Assembly (NCBI GenBank): GCA_005223125.1
Contig: NJBH01000010.1
Location: 1-64,000, forward strand
Direction of reading: 5' to 3'
Source: Promethearchaeota archaeon Loki_b32
GTDB taxonomy: Archaea > Asgardarchaeota > Lokiarchaeia > Sigyniarchaeales > SOKP01
DNA length: 64,000 nt
Shown here: one piece after another, positions 51,376 to 61,387 of the stretch
Numbering within the stretch: the first letter of the stretch is position 1
Layout of the letters: each line of letters opens with the position of its first letter
Made by a program: the position numbers and the translations under genes
Notes under the pieces: generated by a model
Databases searched by the model: none
The model's input: the letters and a program-made list of their open reading frames with translations, nothing else
What the model was told of the DNA's origin: nothing

Positions 51376-51651
51376 TTAGAATTTTTTACCTTTAGGCTTA
51401 GATATTTCGGTTTTCTCCTCTGTTTTTAAATATCCCCTCAATAGGAAATAAACTAAAAGTAAAGAGATAATTTCAGTAATAACACCAAAAAAAGTAATTG
51501 TTGTTCCATTAAATCCTAAATATCTTAACAATAAAGCACACCCCAAACCGGCAGATGCTAAAAATACAATAATAATTCCCTTAATAATTTCAAAAAAAGA
51601 GTCTTTTAAATACGCAAGTTCATTTTTAATCCATGAAAATATTACGACCAT
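51376..51651 (-). CDS. Small two-TM membrane protein
   Basis: Two hydrophobic helices and basic tail. Confidence 0.7.
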   Translation of the reverse strand: MVVIFSWIKNELAYLKDSFFEIIKGIIIVFLASAGLGCALLLRYLGFNGTTITFFGVITEIISLLLVYFLLRGYLKTEEKTEISKPKGKKF

Positions 51652-51807
51652 GAGAATCTACTTGTTCTATCTATTCTATGAATAAATTAAAGAAAGAATA
51701 TTTTAATATCTTTCTGATTTCTAAAAGAAAAGTTAAAAATAATGAGTTCAAAACAATGACTACAGATTTTATCTGGAAACAAATACTTTAAAAAAAAGAA
51801 TTTACTA

Positions 51808-54207
51808 CTAAATGGATTTCTGTTTACTTTTGAATTTTGTATATAATGCTTTATCTAATAAACGACCAATTTTAATAGCAATTTGATTTCCAATTTCATA
51901 CCTTTCTCCATCGATTAAATTTCTTTTTTGTTCAGCAGTGGGAATTTTTCCCAGTCTCTTCATCAAAGTTTTTTCAATAATATTATTTACAATCTCCATA
52001 ATTTTCTCGTTATCTGGTAATTTAATCTCTGAAGTGAAATTCCTAATTTTTTCCATAGCAAAATTAAAAAATTGGCTGATCAATTCAACTGGATCTCCTC
52101 TTAATTCACTATGAAGTTTTATATTATCAGTAGCTATTTTTGTATCTTTTTCTTGCCAATACAACTGATTTGGATTAATCCCTGGACTATTTATTCTCAT
52201 TAGGGAACTTGTGATTCTGCGTTCAATCCAATTTAAAGTACTTAATTCTTGTTCCTCACGGAGTTTTTTAGCTTTTTCTTCTTTTTCTTTCTCTTTAGAC
52301 TCAATGATGCGTTCTACTTCTGATTTCCGGATTTCTTCAAACTTTTCAAATCGTTTAATTATATCATATCCTATACAATATGAAATTGGAGATATTAAAT
52401 CAGATTTCAACTTTAATTGAGCAATATCTTCATATATTGGACTAGGTTTGTTTTTTAATTCAGAACTTGCTTCTTTTAAAGATATTTCCATGAGTCGTGC
52501 TAAAATGAATCCATTAACTAAAAAGGGTTGGTTATTTGCGTTAAATACAGTAACTAATTCTTCTTGTCTTCTAATTAAACGTTTTATAATCAATTCTTCG
52601 AGTTTAATTTTAATCCAATCTTCTGAATCAGTAGTTCCATCTATTTTCTTTAATGCTAATAAATATAAAGATCTATCATTAGAAACCTTAAGATATAATT
52701 CTATTATCCTACTTAGTTGTCTCAATATCTTTGATAAAATATAAAAGAAAATATCTTTTGCTAATTCATTTATAATCTCGTCAAACTCTAAAATAAATAA
52801 TAATTGAGAATAATTTTTTAATTTTAATTCATCTAAAAAGACTTTATCAATGGCTTGTTTTTTTCTAATGTATTGCCTTAGATTATTTATAGTTATTCCT
52901 GTTTTCTCTTCCAAAATTCTTGGTAAATTCGGATATTTATCAATGTCTTGATTTATAAGGTTTAATAGGCCAAATTCAGAGGTTGCGTTTGATTCATCAA
53001 CAATATCTCTAAGATCTTGAAAATTTAACTGAGATAATGCTTTTTTTGCTACAAATATTAAATTCTTTTTATTGTCATTTAAAGATACAATATCGAGTTT
53101 CTTAATATTATATCTTACCATATTTCTTTTCACTTTTTCTGCAAGATCTTCATCCACATTAAAGAAATGTAAAATATTATACACTCCATATTTTTGTAAT
53201 GTGTAGATTATATCATCAAAACCACATTCATTTATACATTGTAAAAAATAGATGAAATCATTTGGATTTTTTTTTAATTTTTTAATTAATACGAATTTTA
53301 AAAAGTTTAAAATTTTTAATTCGAATTGATCATAATCTATTTTTTCTTTTAGACCATCTTCAATTTTTTTTATTAAGTCTTTTTTTAGGTTATTCGCCTC
53401 TATAAATGTATTCAAACCGGGGATAGATATCGGAAATCGGTCTAAATTGAAATCTAGTACCTTTCTTTTTATCATTCTTACTGGCATTGCTTCAATTTGT
53501 AATTCTTTATATGATTTAAATTCAAAATCAGTTTGTGTTTTATTGATTAATCGATCTAAAGTTGCTAATTCGATGAATTTATCTTCTTTTTCCTCTAATT
53601 CTAATTTCTTCTCTAATTCAACAGAGATGTCCTTAAAAGCAGCAGTTTCTTCTAATATTTCCTTTTTTATTTTATTACTTAGACCTATCAAATCACCTAT
53701 TAAATCATAAAAGTAGAATGGGGGATAATTCCTTATGATTTCTTGTAACTCTTGTTCAATTTGAACCTCAATGTCTTTAATCATTTGTTCTTTTTGAATC
53801 TCTTGGGTTTTTTCATTTCTTACTTCAATTAAAAAAGATATAAATTTATTCTCTAAATCAATTATCTTATTGAGAAGATTAACTTCTAAATTTAAAGAGT
53901 TTTTTAATATTGAGTTAACCTCCTCAATTAGGATCTTTTTTTCTGCAATCTCTAAATTTTTAGTGGAATCGAAAGTAAATTTATCCATATCTAAGAGTTT
54001 CTGAACTCGAATTCCTAAACTGTGATAGATATGAATAGTAGCGGTAGCTATTAACAAATCATTAAAGTTAGTTTTCTGACTAATAAGTTCAAAGATTTTA
54101 TTTTTATCAGCTTCCCTTTTAAAATGAGAAATTATTAAATCAACAGTCTGAAAAAATCTAAACGTACTTTCAACTGCTGTTGTTTTTCTTTTTACTCCAC
54201 TAATCAT
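51808..54207 (-). CDS. Large helical hypothetical protein
   Basis: 799-aa ORF; ATG overlaps upstream TGA (ATGA at 54204-54207); no motif recognised. Confidence 0.75.
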   Translation of the reverse strand: MISGVKRKTTAVESTFRFFQTVDLIISHFKREADKNKIFELISQKTNFNDLLIATATIHIYHSLGIRVQKLLDMDKFTFDSTKNLEIAEKKILIEEVNSILKNSLNLEVNLLNKIIDLENKFISFLIEVRNEKTQEIQKEQMIKDIEVQIEQELQEIIRNYPPFYFYDLIGDLIGLSNKIKKEILEETAAFKDISVELEKKLELEEKEDKFIELATLDRLINKTQTDFEFKSYKELQIEAMPVRMIKRKVLDFNLDRFPISIPGLNTFIEANNLKKDLIKKIEDGLKEKIDYDQFELKILNFLKFVLIKKLKKNPNDFIYFLQCINECGFDDIIYTLQKYGVYNILHFFNVDEDLAEKVKRNMVRYNIKKLDIVSLNDNKKNLIFVAKKALSQLNFQDLRDIVDESNATSEFGLLNLINQDIDKYPNLPRILEEKTGITINNLRQYIRKKQAIDKVFLDELKLKNYSQLLFILEFDEIINELAKDIFFYILSKILRQLSRIIELYLKVSNDRSLYLLALKKIDGTTDSEDWIKIKLEELIIKRLIRRQEELVTVFNANNQPFLVNGFILARLMEISLKEASSELKNKPSPIYEDIAQLKLKSDLISPISYCIGYDIIKRFEKFEEIRKSEVERIIESKEKEKEEKAKKLREEQELSTLNWIERRITSSLMRINSPGINPNQLYWQEKDTKIATDNIKLHSELRGDPVELISQFFNFAMEKIRNFTSEIKLPDNEKIMEIVNNIIEKTLMKRLGKIPTAEQKRNLIDGERYEIGNQIAIKIGRLLDKALYTKFKSKQKSI

Positions 54208-56510
54208 AAATCACTCACCCATTCTCTATATACTTCTTTAAAATTATTTGATATTTCGAATCTAGCATTATTATGCCAAAATTTAAAATCTATTATGTGA
54301 AATAAATCACCCTTAAACTGTTCTTTTTCTTCATTTGTTAAAATATGCTTTAGTGTTACTGTTAAAGGTCTTGGAATTAATTTTGAAAAATATTTTTGTT
54401 CAGTATTTTTAACATAATCATAAAATGTCTCAGCCCCATCTAGATTAAAATAATTGAAAGGAAGAGTATTCTCTAATTGTGGATTTAAATTATCTAATTC
54501 ACTTTTAACATTTATTTTAACGTACTTCGGAAATTCGGTATTGATATCAATACTTAGTTCAAATTTTTTATAGAATTCAAATAACAAGTTTTTTTCTTCA
54601 GAATCAGTTATTTTTGCTATATATACATTCAAAAATTTTAGGAAATTTTCAATTTTTTGTTCATTTAATTCTCTCTCTTCAAAATATCCAATAAAATCAT
54701 TGTAGACTTCTGTCAATGTCCATTTTCTTTGTTCTTCCGGTTTTAGATATTTCTTAGAATAATCTTTAATCCAATCAAGAATATAAAATTTCCATTCAAG
54801 ATTTATACCTCCAATTCTCTTTTCTAAAAATCTATGAAATCTATTTGAAAAAGTCACAGGATCACTGATTTCTTTATCAGGTTCCTCCTTAATATAGCGA
54901 TTTATTGTAGAGTGCCTTAAAACATAGCTTATTAAATAATTTAATTCTCTTGAAAATTTCTTAAATTTATCTATATGAATATTTATTTTATTTATGCTTG
55001 TTTCCATCTGGATCTCGGTAAAAGATACTAAATCATCTATCTTTAATTCAATATCATCAAAGAAAGTATCAATATTTTCATTAATTAAGAAATAAAATTC
55101 TTTAATTATCTCTTTTTCATTAAATATAAGATTTTTTTCAAGAAGAATTGAATGTGTTTCAATTTGGTTGAAAAGAGATTCTTTAAATTCACTTATTAAT
55201 TTCTGTCCTAATATTTTTGCTGGTTTTTGTTCTAAGTTAAATTTTGCATATAAATTATTCATTAATTTTATAGTTAGAGATTTCAATCGACGATAAGAAA
55301 GATATTTTGGCAGTGATATTTTAACTAAATTAAGACTTTTAGTGATAATTTCTGAAAAATAACTAAAAATAGAACTCAATTCTATAATTCGTAAACTTTC
55401 TTTTTGAGTTATTGTTTGTTCGATAAATCTTTTTGCTATATTACATATATTTTCGAAATCTTCGTTTTCTAATTTTCCTTTACTCAAAATAAAATGAATG
55501 TATTTAGTTAGTAATTCGTTTAAATCCCCCATTTCTCCTGTACTCAGAAAAGCTCTAGAATATTCCAAAAATTTATTTAAATATCCTTGTAAATTAATTA
55601 TCAATTTATTTACATTAGAAATTAGCCATTCTGCTGTATGAGCATCACTATATTCATTTATTTTATTGTTAATATTATTAATAATAAAAATTATTATTTC
55701 ATCTTGGGATTCATCTAAAGTACCTGTGTTTGCTAAATTGATGAGATTAGTTCCTAAATTTAAAGTTTTATCTACGATAAAATTCGCACTTGGTTCTGAT
55801 ATTGAATACTTAAGATGTTCAATAGCTTGTTGCCCGCTAAATGGTGTTTTAATCTTTTGAAACTTAGGTTTTGAAAAAATAATCTCCATAGGTTTTTTAT
55901 ACCATAAAATCTCAACATTAGAGATGACTTTTGCATATGTATTCAACATATCCTTTTCTGTAGGGAGAGTTCTGCTTAAACCAATCAACTTTTTATTCCA
56001 TTTGTCTTCAATTAGTTCTCCATAGAGTTTTTTACTAAATCTAGAAGCATATTTGTTATATACTAATTGCTTTTCCTCATTTTTTAATTCTGGTCGATCA
56101 GAAAATTCTTCTACCTCAAAAAATAATTTACTTATGTTATTAAGTGATTCTCTAGATTTATGAATGTCTAATACTCCTGTTTCTGGTTTTAAAGCAAGTA
56201 ATAAACTTTCACAATCTTTAAATTTGCCTGGAATAAAAATCATTGATTGAGGGTATATGTTAATTCGAGCACTTTTTTCATCTATATTATATAGTTCAAA
56301 CTCAATACTAAACAACTCTGCTCCCGTGTAATCCCGTAATATTGCATTATACATGGTCAAGAATTTAATCACTTCTTGGGCAAGTTCATTTACTCTTTTT
56401 CTTGTTAACCTTCCTGGACCAATTACATCTCCAGCAATAACATCATTAGGAGACGAATATCCGAATATTATTGAAAATTGGTAACTTATTGATTCGCGTG
56501 TTGTTATCAT
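54204..56510 (-). CDS. Large hypothetical protein
   Basis: 768-aa ORF translationally coupled to next gene; no motif recognised. Confidence 0.75.
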   Translation of the reverse strand: MITTRESISYQFSIIFGYSSPNDVIAGDVIGPGRLTRKRVNELAQEVIKFLTMYNAILRDYTGAELFSIEFELYNIDEKSARINIYPQSMIFIPGKFKDCESLLLALKPETGVLDIHKSRESLNNISKLFFEVEEFSDRPELKNEEKQLVYNKYASRFSKKLYGELIEDKWNKKLIGLSRTLPTEKDMLNTYAKVISNVEILWYKKPMEIIFSKPKFQKIKTPFSGQQAIEHLKYSISEPSANFIVDKTLNLGTNLINLANTGTLDESQDEIIIFIINNINNKINEYSDAHTAEWLISNVNKLIINLQGYLNKFLEYSRAFLSTGEMGDLNELLTKYIHFILSKGKLENEDFENICNIAKRFIEQTITQKESLRIIELSSIFSYFSEIITKSLNLVKISLPKYLSYRRLKSLTIKLMNNLYAKFNLEQKPAKILGQKLISEFKESLFNQIETHSILLEKNLIFNEKEIIKEFYFLINENIDTFFDDIELKIDDLVSFTEIQMETSINKINIHIDKFKKFSRELNYLISYVLRHSTINRYIKEEPDKEISDPVTFSNRFHRFLEKRIGGINLEWKFYILDWIKDYSKKYLKPEEQRKWTLTEVYNDFIGYFEERELNEQKIENFLKFLNVYIAKITDSEEKNLLFEFYKKFELSIDINTEFPKYVKINVKSELDNLNPQLENTLPFNYFNLDGAETFYDYVKNTEQKYFSKLIPRPLTVTLKHILTNEEKEQFKGDLFHIIDFKFWHNNARFEISNNFKEVYREWVSDL

Positions 56511-56932
56511 ATTCTAGTTTCATTAACCATATGTAATTCCTAAATTAATAAATAATTGGTTTTAAATATTTAACCCAACTTTAAAAAAATTAAATGGTTG
56601 ATTTAAATATTTTTAAGTTTATAAAGTATTAAAATTTACTTTTGAATTGTATATAAAGTCCTCGTATAAAAATATTATAGTAGGAATGAGATAATTGAAA
56701 AAAAAGCTATTTAACAACATAATTTTTTTAGATTATGCAAAACTTGAAGTCTGAGAGATATTAAGAATAGAATTTACCGCAAATTTCAAATTTAAGTGAA
56801 TTTATAAACCTTGATTATTAATTTCATATTATCAAGAAAGTTCATGTTTTAAAAATAAAAATATAATAAGAAAAAAATTATTATATTTATAATAATAAAT
56901 ATAAAAGCTAAAAGCACTTAAGGTGTAAGCTT

Positions 56933-57337
56933 ATTCAATTCGGGTCTGATTTAGGAATCAATCAAGAGGATATCGAGAAGATAAGTCCTCAAATTACATT
57001 TATTACCTCTAACGCAGATATTGAAGCGATTGCGCTTGTAAGTTTTGAAGGATATCAAATTGCTTTCTCTGCTTTACCACAATATCATGTTGATGGGGAC
57101 CAATTTTGCGGGCTTGCTAGCGCATTATTAATGACAGGTAGATCTACAATTCAAACTGTATTTCAAGAAGATCTAAGTGAAATAATAGTAAGAGCTGAAA
57201 ATGGATATATTATTATTACAAATGCGGGAAGGTTAGTAATTGTTTGTGCTGGGACTATAATTGATACCCTAATGAAGACTGTAAAAGTTATGAGAATAGC
57301 GGCGAAAAACCTCTATAAAATTTTTGAAAGCCGTTAA
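56933..57337 (+). CDS. Roadblock/LC7 domain protein; probable ATT start at 56933
   Basis: Frame upstream of track ATG (57131) encodes IEAIALVSFEGYQIAFSAL...FCGLASALL, the first half of a roadblock fold; the second half has EIIVRAENGYIIITNAG. Confidence 0.85.
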   Translation: MQFGSDLGINQEDIEKISPQITFITSNADIEAIALVSFEGYQIAFSALPQYHVDGDQFCGLASALLMTGRSTIQTVFQEDLSEIIVRAENGYIIITNAGRLVIVCAGTIIDTLMKTVKVMRIAAKNLYKIFESR

Positions 57338-57500
57338 ATTTAATTATTCATTTTAGTTCCTTTAAAATTCTTGTCTAAGTTTAATTCTAAAGAAAAAATT
57401 TTGAATATTCAAACTATTTTTACCAAATAACAATAGATTTTTATTTATTAATGTATGTATAATTGAAATAAAATAAAGAATTAGTTATTTTTTTGTTATA

Positions 57501-57551
57501 ATGGCAACTGTAAAAAATATCACTTGGCAGTGGCCTTGGCGTTGGCAATAG
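57501..57551 (+). promoter_or_regulatory. Trp-rich leader peptide uORF (MATVKNITWQWPWRWQ*) upstream of trpB2
   Basis: ATG GCA ACT GTA AAA AAT ATC ACT TGG CAG TGG CCT TGG CGT TGG CAA TAG; four TGG in seven codons, 150 nt before tryptophan synthase. Confidence 0.88.
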
Positions 57552-57578
57552 AGCCAATTGCAATGGAGTTTACTTAAA

Positions 57579-57608
57579 TTTATTTTTTCATTTTAATATT
57601 TTTTCTTT
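57579..57608 (+). terminator. Candidate oligo-T terminator within trpB2 leader
   Basis: T6 tracts at 57583-57588 and 57599-57604 between leader stop and trpB2; weak alone because the DNA is AT-rich. Confidence 0.45.
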
Positions 57609-57701
57609 AAATATTAAAACCTCTTTCTAAATGAGCATTAATCATATTGGTCTCCAATATTTTAATGATACACATCTTAAGATGTGAAAAAATGATTAAA
57701 A

Positions 57702-59117
57702 ATGGGAACCAAAATGATGGATTATTATAACGGTAGAATTTTATTACAACCAAATGAAATTCCAAAAGAGTGGGTGAATATTTTACCAGATTTACCCTCA
57801 TCTATGACGCCCTTGATAAACCCAATGGATGGGAAGCCAGTTCCACCAGAAATGGCATTCGCTATATTTCCTAAAGAATGTGTTTTACAGGAAGTTTCGC
57901 AAGAACCTACTATTCCTATTCCTAATGAATTAAGGGAATTTTTTGCTAAAACTTATCGACCAAGTCCACTCCACCGTGCTTTGGGATTAGAAAAAGACTT
58001 AGGATTAGAAGGAGATAAAATAAAGATTTTTTATAAAAATGAATCTGTATCTCCAACTGGATCACACAAACCAAATACGGCAATAACCCAAGCATTTTAT
58101 GCGAAAAAGGAAGGAACGGAAGAATTAGTCACCGAGACGGGAGCAGGGCAATGGGGTTCCGGATTGGCATATGGATGCAATTTATACGAACTTAAATGCA
58201 CTGTATATATGGTAAGAGCGAGTTTTATCCAAAAACCAGGAAGAAAAATTCTTATGAGAATTTATAATGCTGAAGTACATGCAAGTCCTTCTAAATTTAC
58301 TGAATCTGGAAGAAAATTTTTAGAAGAGGATCCAGAGCATGATGGAAGTTTAGGTATTGCTATATCTGAAGCATTAGAACATAGTATGCGAAGTGATAAA
58401 ATTAAATACTCTCTTGGAAGTGTAGTCAATTTTGTTCTTCTACATCAAACTATTATAGGACAAGAAGCAAAAATGCAACTAGCGAAAATAGGTATTGAAA
58501 AGCCCGATATTGTAATTGGATGCATGGGAGGAGGATCTAATTTTTCAGGTTTAATGATTCCATTTGTAAAAGATAAAATCAATGGCGTTCATCCAGATAT
58601 AGAAATAATCGGTGCAGAACCCCGTGCTTGTCCAAGTATTTGTAAGGGAGAATATAGATGGGATTATGGAGATACAGCTATGAAAGGCCCTATTGTAAAG
58701 ATGCATACATTAGGACATACCTTTATACCAACTCCAATCCATGCAGGAGGATTAAGATATCACGGAATGGCACCAATAGTCTCAATATTATACAACAATA
58801 AATTAATTAAAGCAACAATGCATCATCAAACAGAAGTTATAAGAGCGGGAATTAAATTTACTCATACTGAAGGAATAATTCCCGCCCCAGAATCTGCTCA
58901 TGCTATAAAAGAAGCAATTGATCAAGCTTTAAAAGCTAAAGAAAATAATGAAAAGAAAGTCATTCTATTCAATCTCAGTGGTCATGGCTTTTTTGATTTA
59001 TTAGCTTATAAAGAATATATGACTGGAAATCTTGTGGATTATGAATTGCCTACTGAAGAAATTCAGAAAGCCTTAGCTTCTATTGAGATGCCAAAAATCG
59101 ACGATACTCAATTTTAA
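57702..59117 (+). CDS. trpB2: Tryptophan synthase beta chain, TrpB2 type
   Basis: PTGSHKPN PLP lysine, TETGAGQWG, GGGSN, HAGGLRYHG, PAPESAHA, NLSGHG; stand-alone with no trpA adjacent. Confidence 0.96.
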   Translation: MGTKMMDYYNGRILLQPNEIPKEWVNILPDLPSSMTPLINPMDGKPVPPEMAFAIFPKECVLQEVSQEPTIPIPNELREFFAKTYRPSPLHRALGLEKDLGLEGDKIKIFYKNESVSPTGSHKPNTAITQAFYAKKEGTEELVTETGAGQWGSGLAYGCNLYELKCTVYMVRASFIQKPGRKILMRIYNAEVHASPSKFTESGRKFLEEDPEHDGSLGIAISEALEHSMRSDKIKYSLGSVVNFVLLHQTIIGQEAKMQLAKIGIEKPDIVIGCMGGGSNFSGLMIPFVKDKINGVHPDIEIIGAEPRACPSICKGEYRWDYGDTAMKGPIVKMHTLGHTFIPTPIHAGGLRYHGMAPIVSILYNNKLIKATMHHQTEVIRAGIKFTHTEGIIPAPESAHAIKEAIDQALKAKENNEKKVILFNLSGHGFFDLLAYKEYMTGNLVDYELPTEEIQKALASIEMPKIDDTQF

Positions 59118-59224
59118 ATTAAATTTTACTTCGCTTTTTTTTTTAATAAACATTACCAATCAACGAGAAAATCTTAAAATCAAAGAATCTTTTAAATAGT
59201 AAAACCTCTTGAGATTGGCTGTTA

Positions 59225-60295
59225 TTGAACGTTCTTTCAATACTAATTTTGAGTATTTTATATTCTTATGGAATTATACTTCTTTATATAACCTATTTGG
59301 CGAGAAAGAAACGAGAAATGGGTGCATTTACCAATAATTTAGCTAATGCTATAATTCTAATAATTTCAATTACAATTAATGTTATTTTGATTACAGTTTT
59401 TAATCTTTCAGACGAAGAGTTCATAATTTTTCCTTTCAATGCTTTAATGATTGGATTTGTTATAGTTTTTTTTCCTTTGTTTTTTCTTTTTGTTAGACGT
59501 GAGAATATAAAAATAAAAAAACACATAGAGAACTCAAATAAGACTGAAATTCAATCGTTAAAAGAATTACCTCTTAAATATGATATTTATAGAAAATTAA
59601 CTCATTTAGTGGCGCTAGGAGTAATTTTCTTCTATTTTACTCTTGGATTTTTAATCCAAAATGTATTTGTGGATCTACTAGAATTTATTCCAGGATTCAT
59701 TTCCAGAATATTTCAAATTGGAGGTGATATTATGATCTTTACTCAAAATTTAGTTGTATTTTTAGTTGGAATTTCATTAATTGGATTATTAACAGCGGAT
59801 ATTGTAAGAATATTAGCACCAAAGATATATCCTTTGAAGCAAGTCAATCAAATACTACGAGAAAAAGAATTACATTTAAGGTTAGGACCTCATATTTCTA
59901 TGGGGATTGGATGTTTTTCAATCATTTTGCTATATGGTTTAATTCAACCGATAGGGCCTGTATTAATTTGTACTTCGATGGCAATGTCTATTTTTGGAGA
60001 TACATCGTCTAATTTAGTCGGTAGGATGATAGGGCGTAGAAAAATTAGGAAAATAAACAAAACTTATGAGGGATTAGTTGCTGGCATTATTGTCTCCTTT
60101 TTCTCTGGAATCTCAGTATTATATCTACTAAGAAATTTTTATAGTTTCAATATTTTAGGATTGTTATTAATTCCTTTTATAGGAGCAATGATTATTGGTT
60201 TATTGGATTATATAGACTTAGAGATTGATGACAATCTATCTTTTAACTTCTGTTTGTCAACAATATTCTTTACTATTTCGGTTTCATTTTTTTGA
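59225..60295 (+). CDS. CTP-dependent polyprenol/diacylglycerol kinase family (Sec59/Dgk1-like) membrane protein
   Basis: RKLTH, GDTSSNLVG, KTYEG, DDN motifs in a polytopic protein. Confidence 0.8.
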   Translation: MNVLSILILSILYSYGIILLYITYLARKKREMGAFTNNLANAIILIISITINVILITVFNLSDEEFIIFPFNALMIGFVIVFFPLFFLFVRRENIKIKKHIENSNKTEIQSLKELPLKYDIYRKLTHLVALGVIFFYFTLGFLIQNVFVDLLEFIPGFISRIFQIGGDIMIFTQNLVVFLVGISLIGLLTADIVRILAPKIYPLKQVNQILREKELHLRLGPHISMGIGCFSIILLYGLIQPIGPVLICTSMAMSIFGDTSSNLVGRMIGRRKIRKINKTYEGLVAGIIVSFFSGISVLYLLRNFYSFNILGLLLIPFIGAMIIGLLDYIDLEIDDNLSFNFCLSTIFFTISVSFF

Positions 60296-60350
60296 ATAAG
60301 TTGTATTTATATGACTATCATAACTTTTTTCAATCAAGATAATTTCTTTA

Positions 60351-60860
60351 ATGAAGATGTTAGAAGAAAAATTAAAAATTGATAAAATATCCAAAGGATC
60401 CGTTATTGACCATATAGATGCGGGATATGCTTTAACTATTCTAAATCTTACAGGGATAGATGAATCTAAAAATTTAATGACAATTGGAGTTAACGTTTCG
60501 TCAAAAAAATATACAACAAAAGATATAATAAAAATTGAAAATGTTTTTCTAAACGAAACTCAAATGCAGCAAATATCTATACTTTCTCCTAATGCTACTA
60601 TTTCTTTAATTGAAAATTATAAAGTTATTGAAAAGAAAAAAGTGAAACTTCCACAGATAATTAAAAAATTAATTTTATGCATTAATCAGACATGCATTTC
60701 AAATTCGGATGAACCAATTGATACTGAATTTTTAGTATTAGAAGAAAAACCCTTGAAAATACAGTGTGTTTATTGTGAACGTATATATAAGTTAGAAGAA
60801 ATAGTTTTTACCTCAAAAGAAAAGAAAGAGAAAAAAGTAATACAAAGAATTAATCTATAA
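60351..60860 (+). CDS. pyrI: Aspartate carbamoyltransferase regulatory chain
   Basis: GSVIDHIDAG, KDIIKIE, CINQTCIS, CVYCE. Confidence 0.95.
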   Translation: MKMLEEKLKIDKISKGSVIDHIDAGYALTILNLTGIDESKNLMTIGVNVSSKKYTTKDIIKIENVFLNETQMQQISILSPNATISLIENYKVIEKKKVKLPQIIKKLILCINQTCISNSDEPIDTEFLVLEEKPLKIQCVYCERIYKLEEIVFTSKEKKEKKVIQRINL

Positions 60861-60875
60861 AAAAAATTCTTATTT

Positions 60876-61316
60876 TTATGTAAAGAGCTCAAGAACGGAT
60901 GAAAAACCGGGAATAAAATATAGAGTTGTGTGAATAAAAACCCCAACAATCATAAATAAAAAGAAATAAATTCCAATCCCGGGTAAGATTATATTTTTCC
61001 AATACCATTCTTCTTTATCATATTCATATCTAAAAATTATAAAACTAACAACAAAAGGAAATAGAAACCACCACGCTAGCATCCATAAGAATAAAAACCA
61101 GCCGATAAATCCAAAGATAAGTCTTCCTAGCAAAGCACTAAGTGCTCCAGTCAGTGCGCGAATCCAATATAATTTTGTTTCCTTTTCTAAACGAATATCT
61201 AATGCTTTTGTTGGTTTTTTTTCAGTTTTAATTGATTTTTGTTGTAGTTCTTTCCTCTTCTCTTTTAATAGTCGTTGTCTCCTTTTTCTAATATCTACCT
61301 TCTTATGCTTTCCCAT
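60876..61316 (-). CDS. Three-TM membrane protein, EMC6-like
   Basis: Basic N-tail, LYWIRALTGALSALLG...GW, three TM helices. Confidence 0.55.
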   Translation of the reverse strand: MGKHKKVDIRKRRQRLLKEKRKELQQKSIKTEKKPTKALDIRLEKETKLYWIRALTGALSALLGRLIFGFIGWFLFLWMLAWWFLFPFVVSFIIFRYEYDKEEWYWKNIILPGIGIYFFLFMIVGVFIHTTLYFIPGFSSVLELFT

Positions 61317-61387
61317 AATTATTATTATAAATATTATTTATTATAAAAATCATTATATATCTTGACAAACTAAAAATTAAACGTAAA

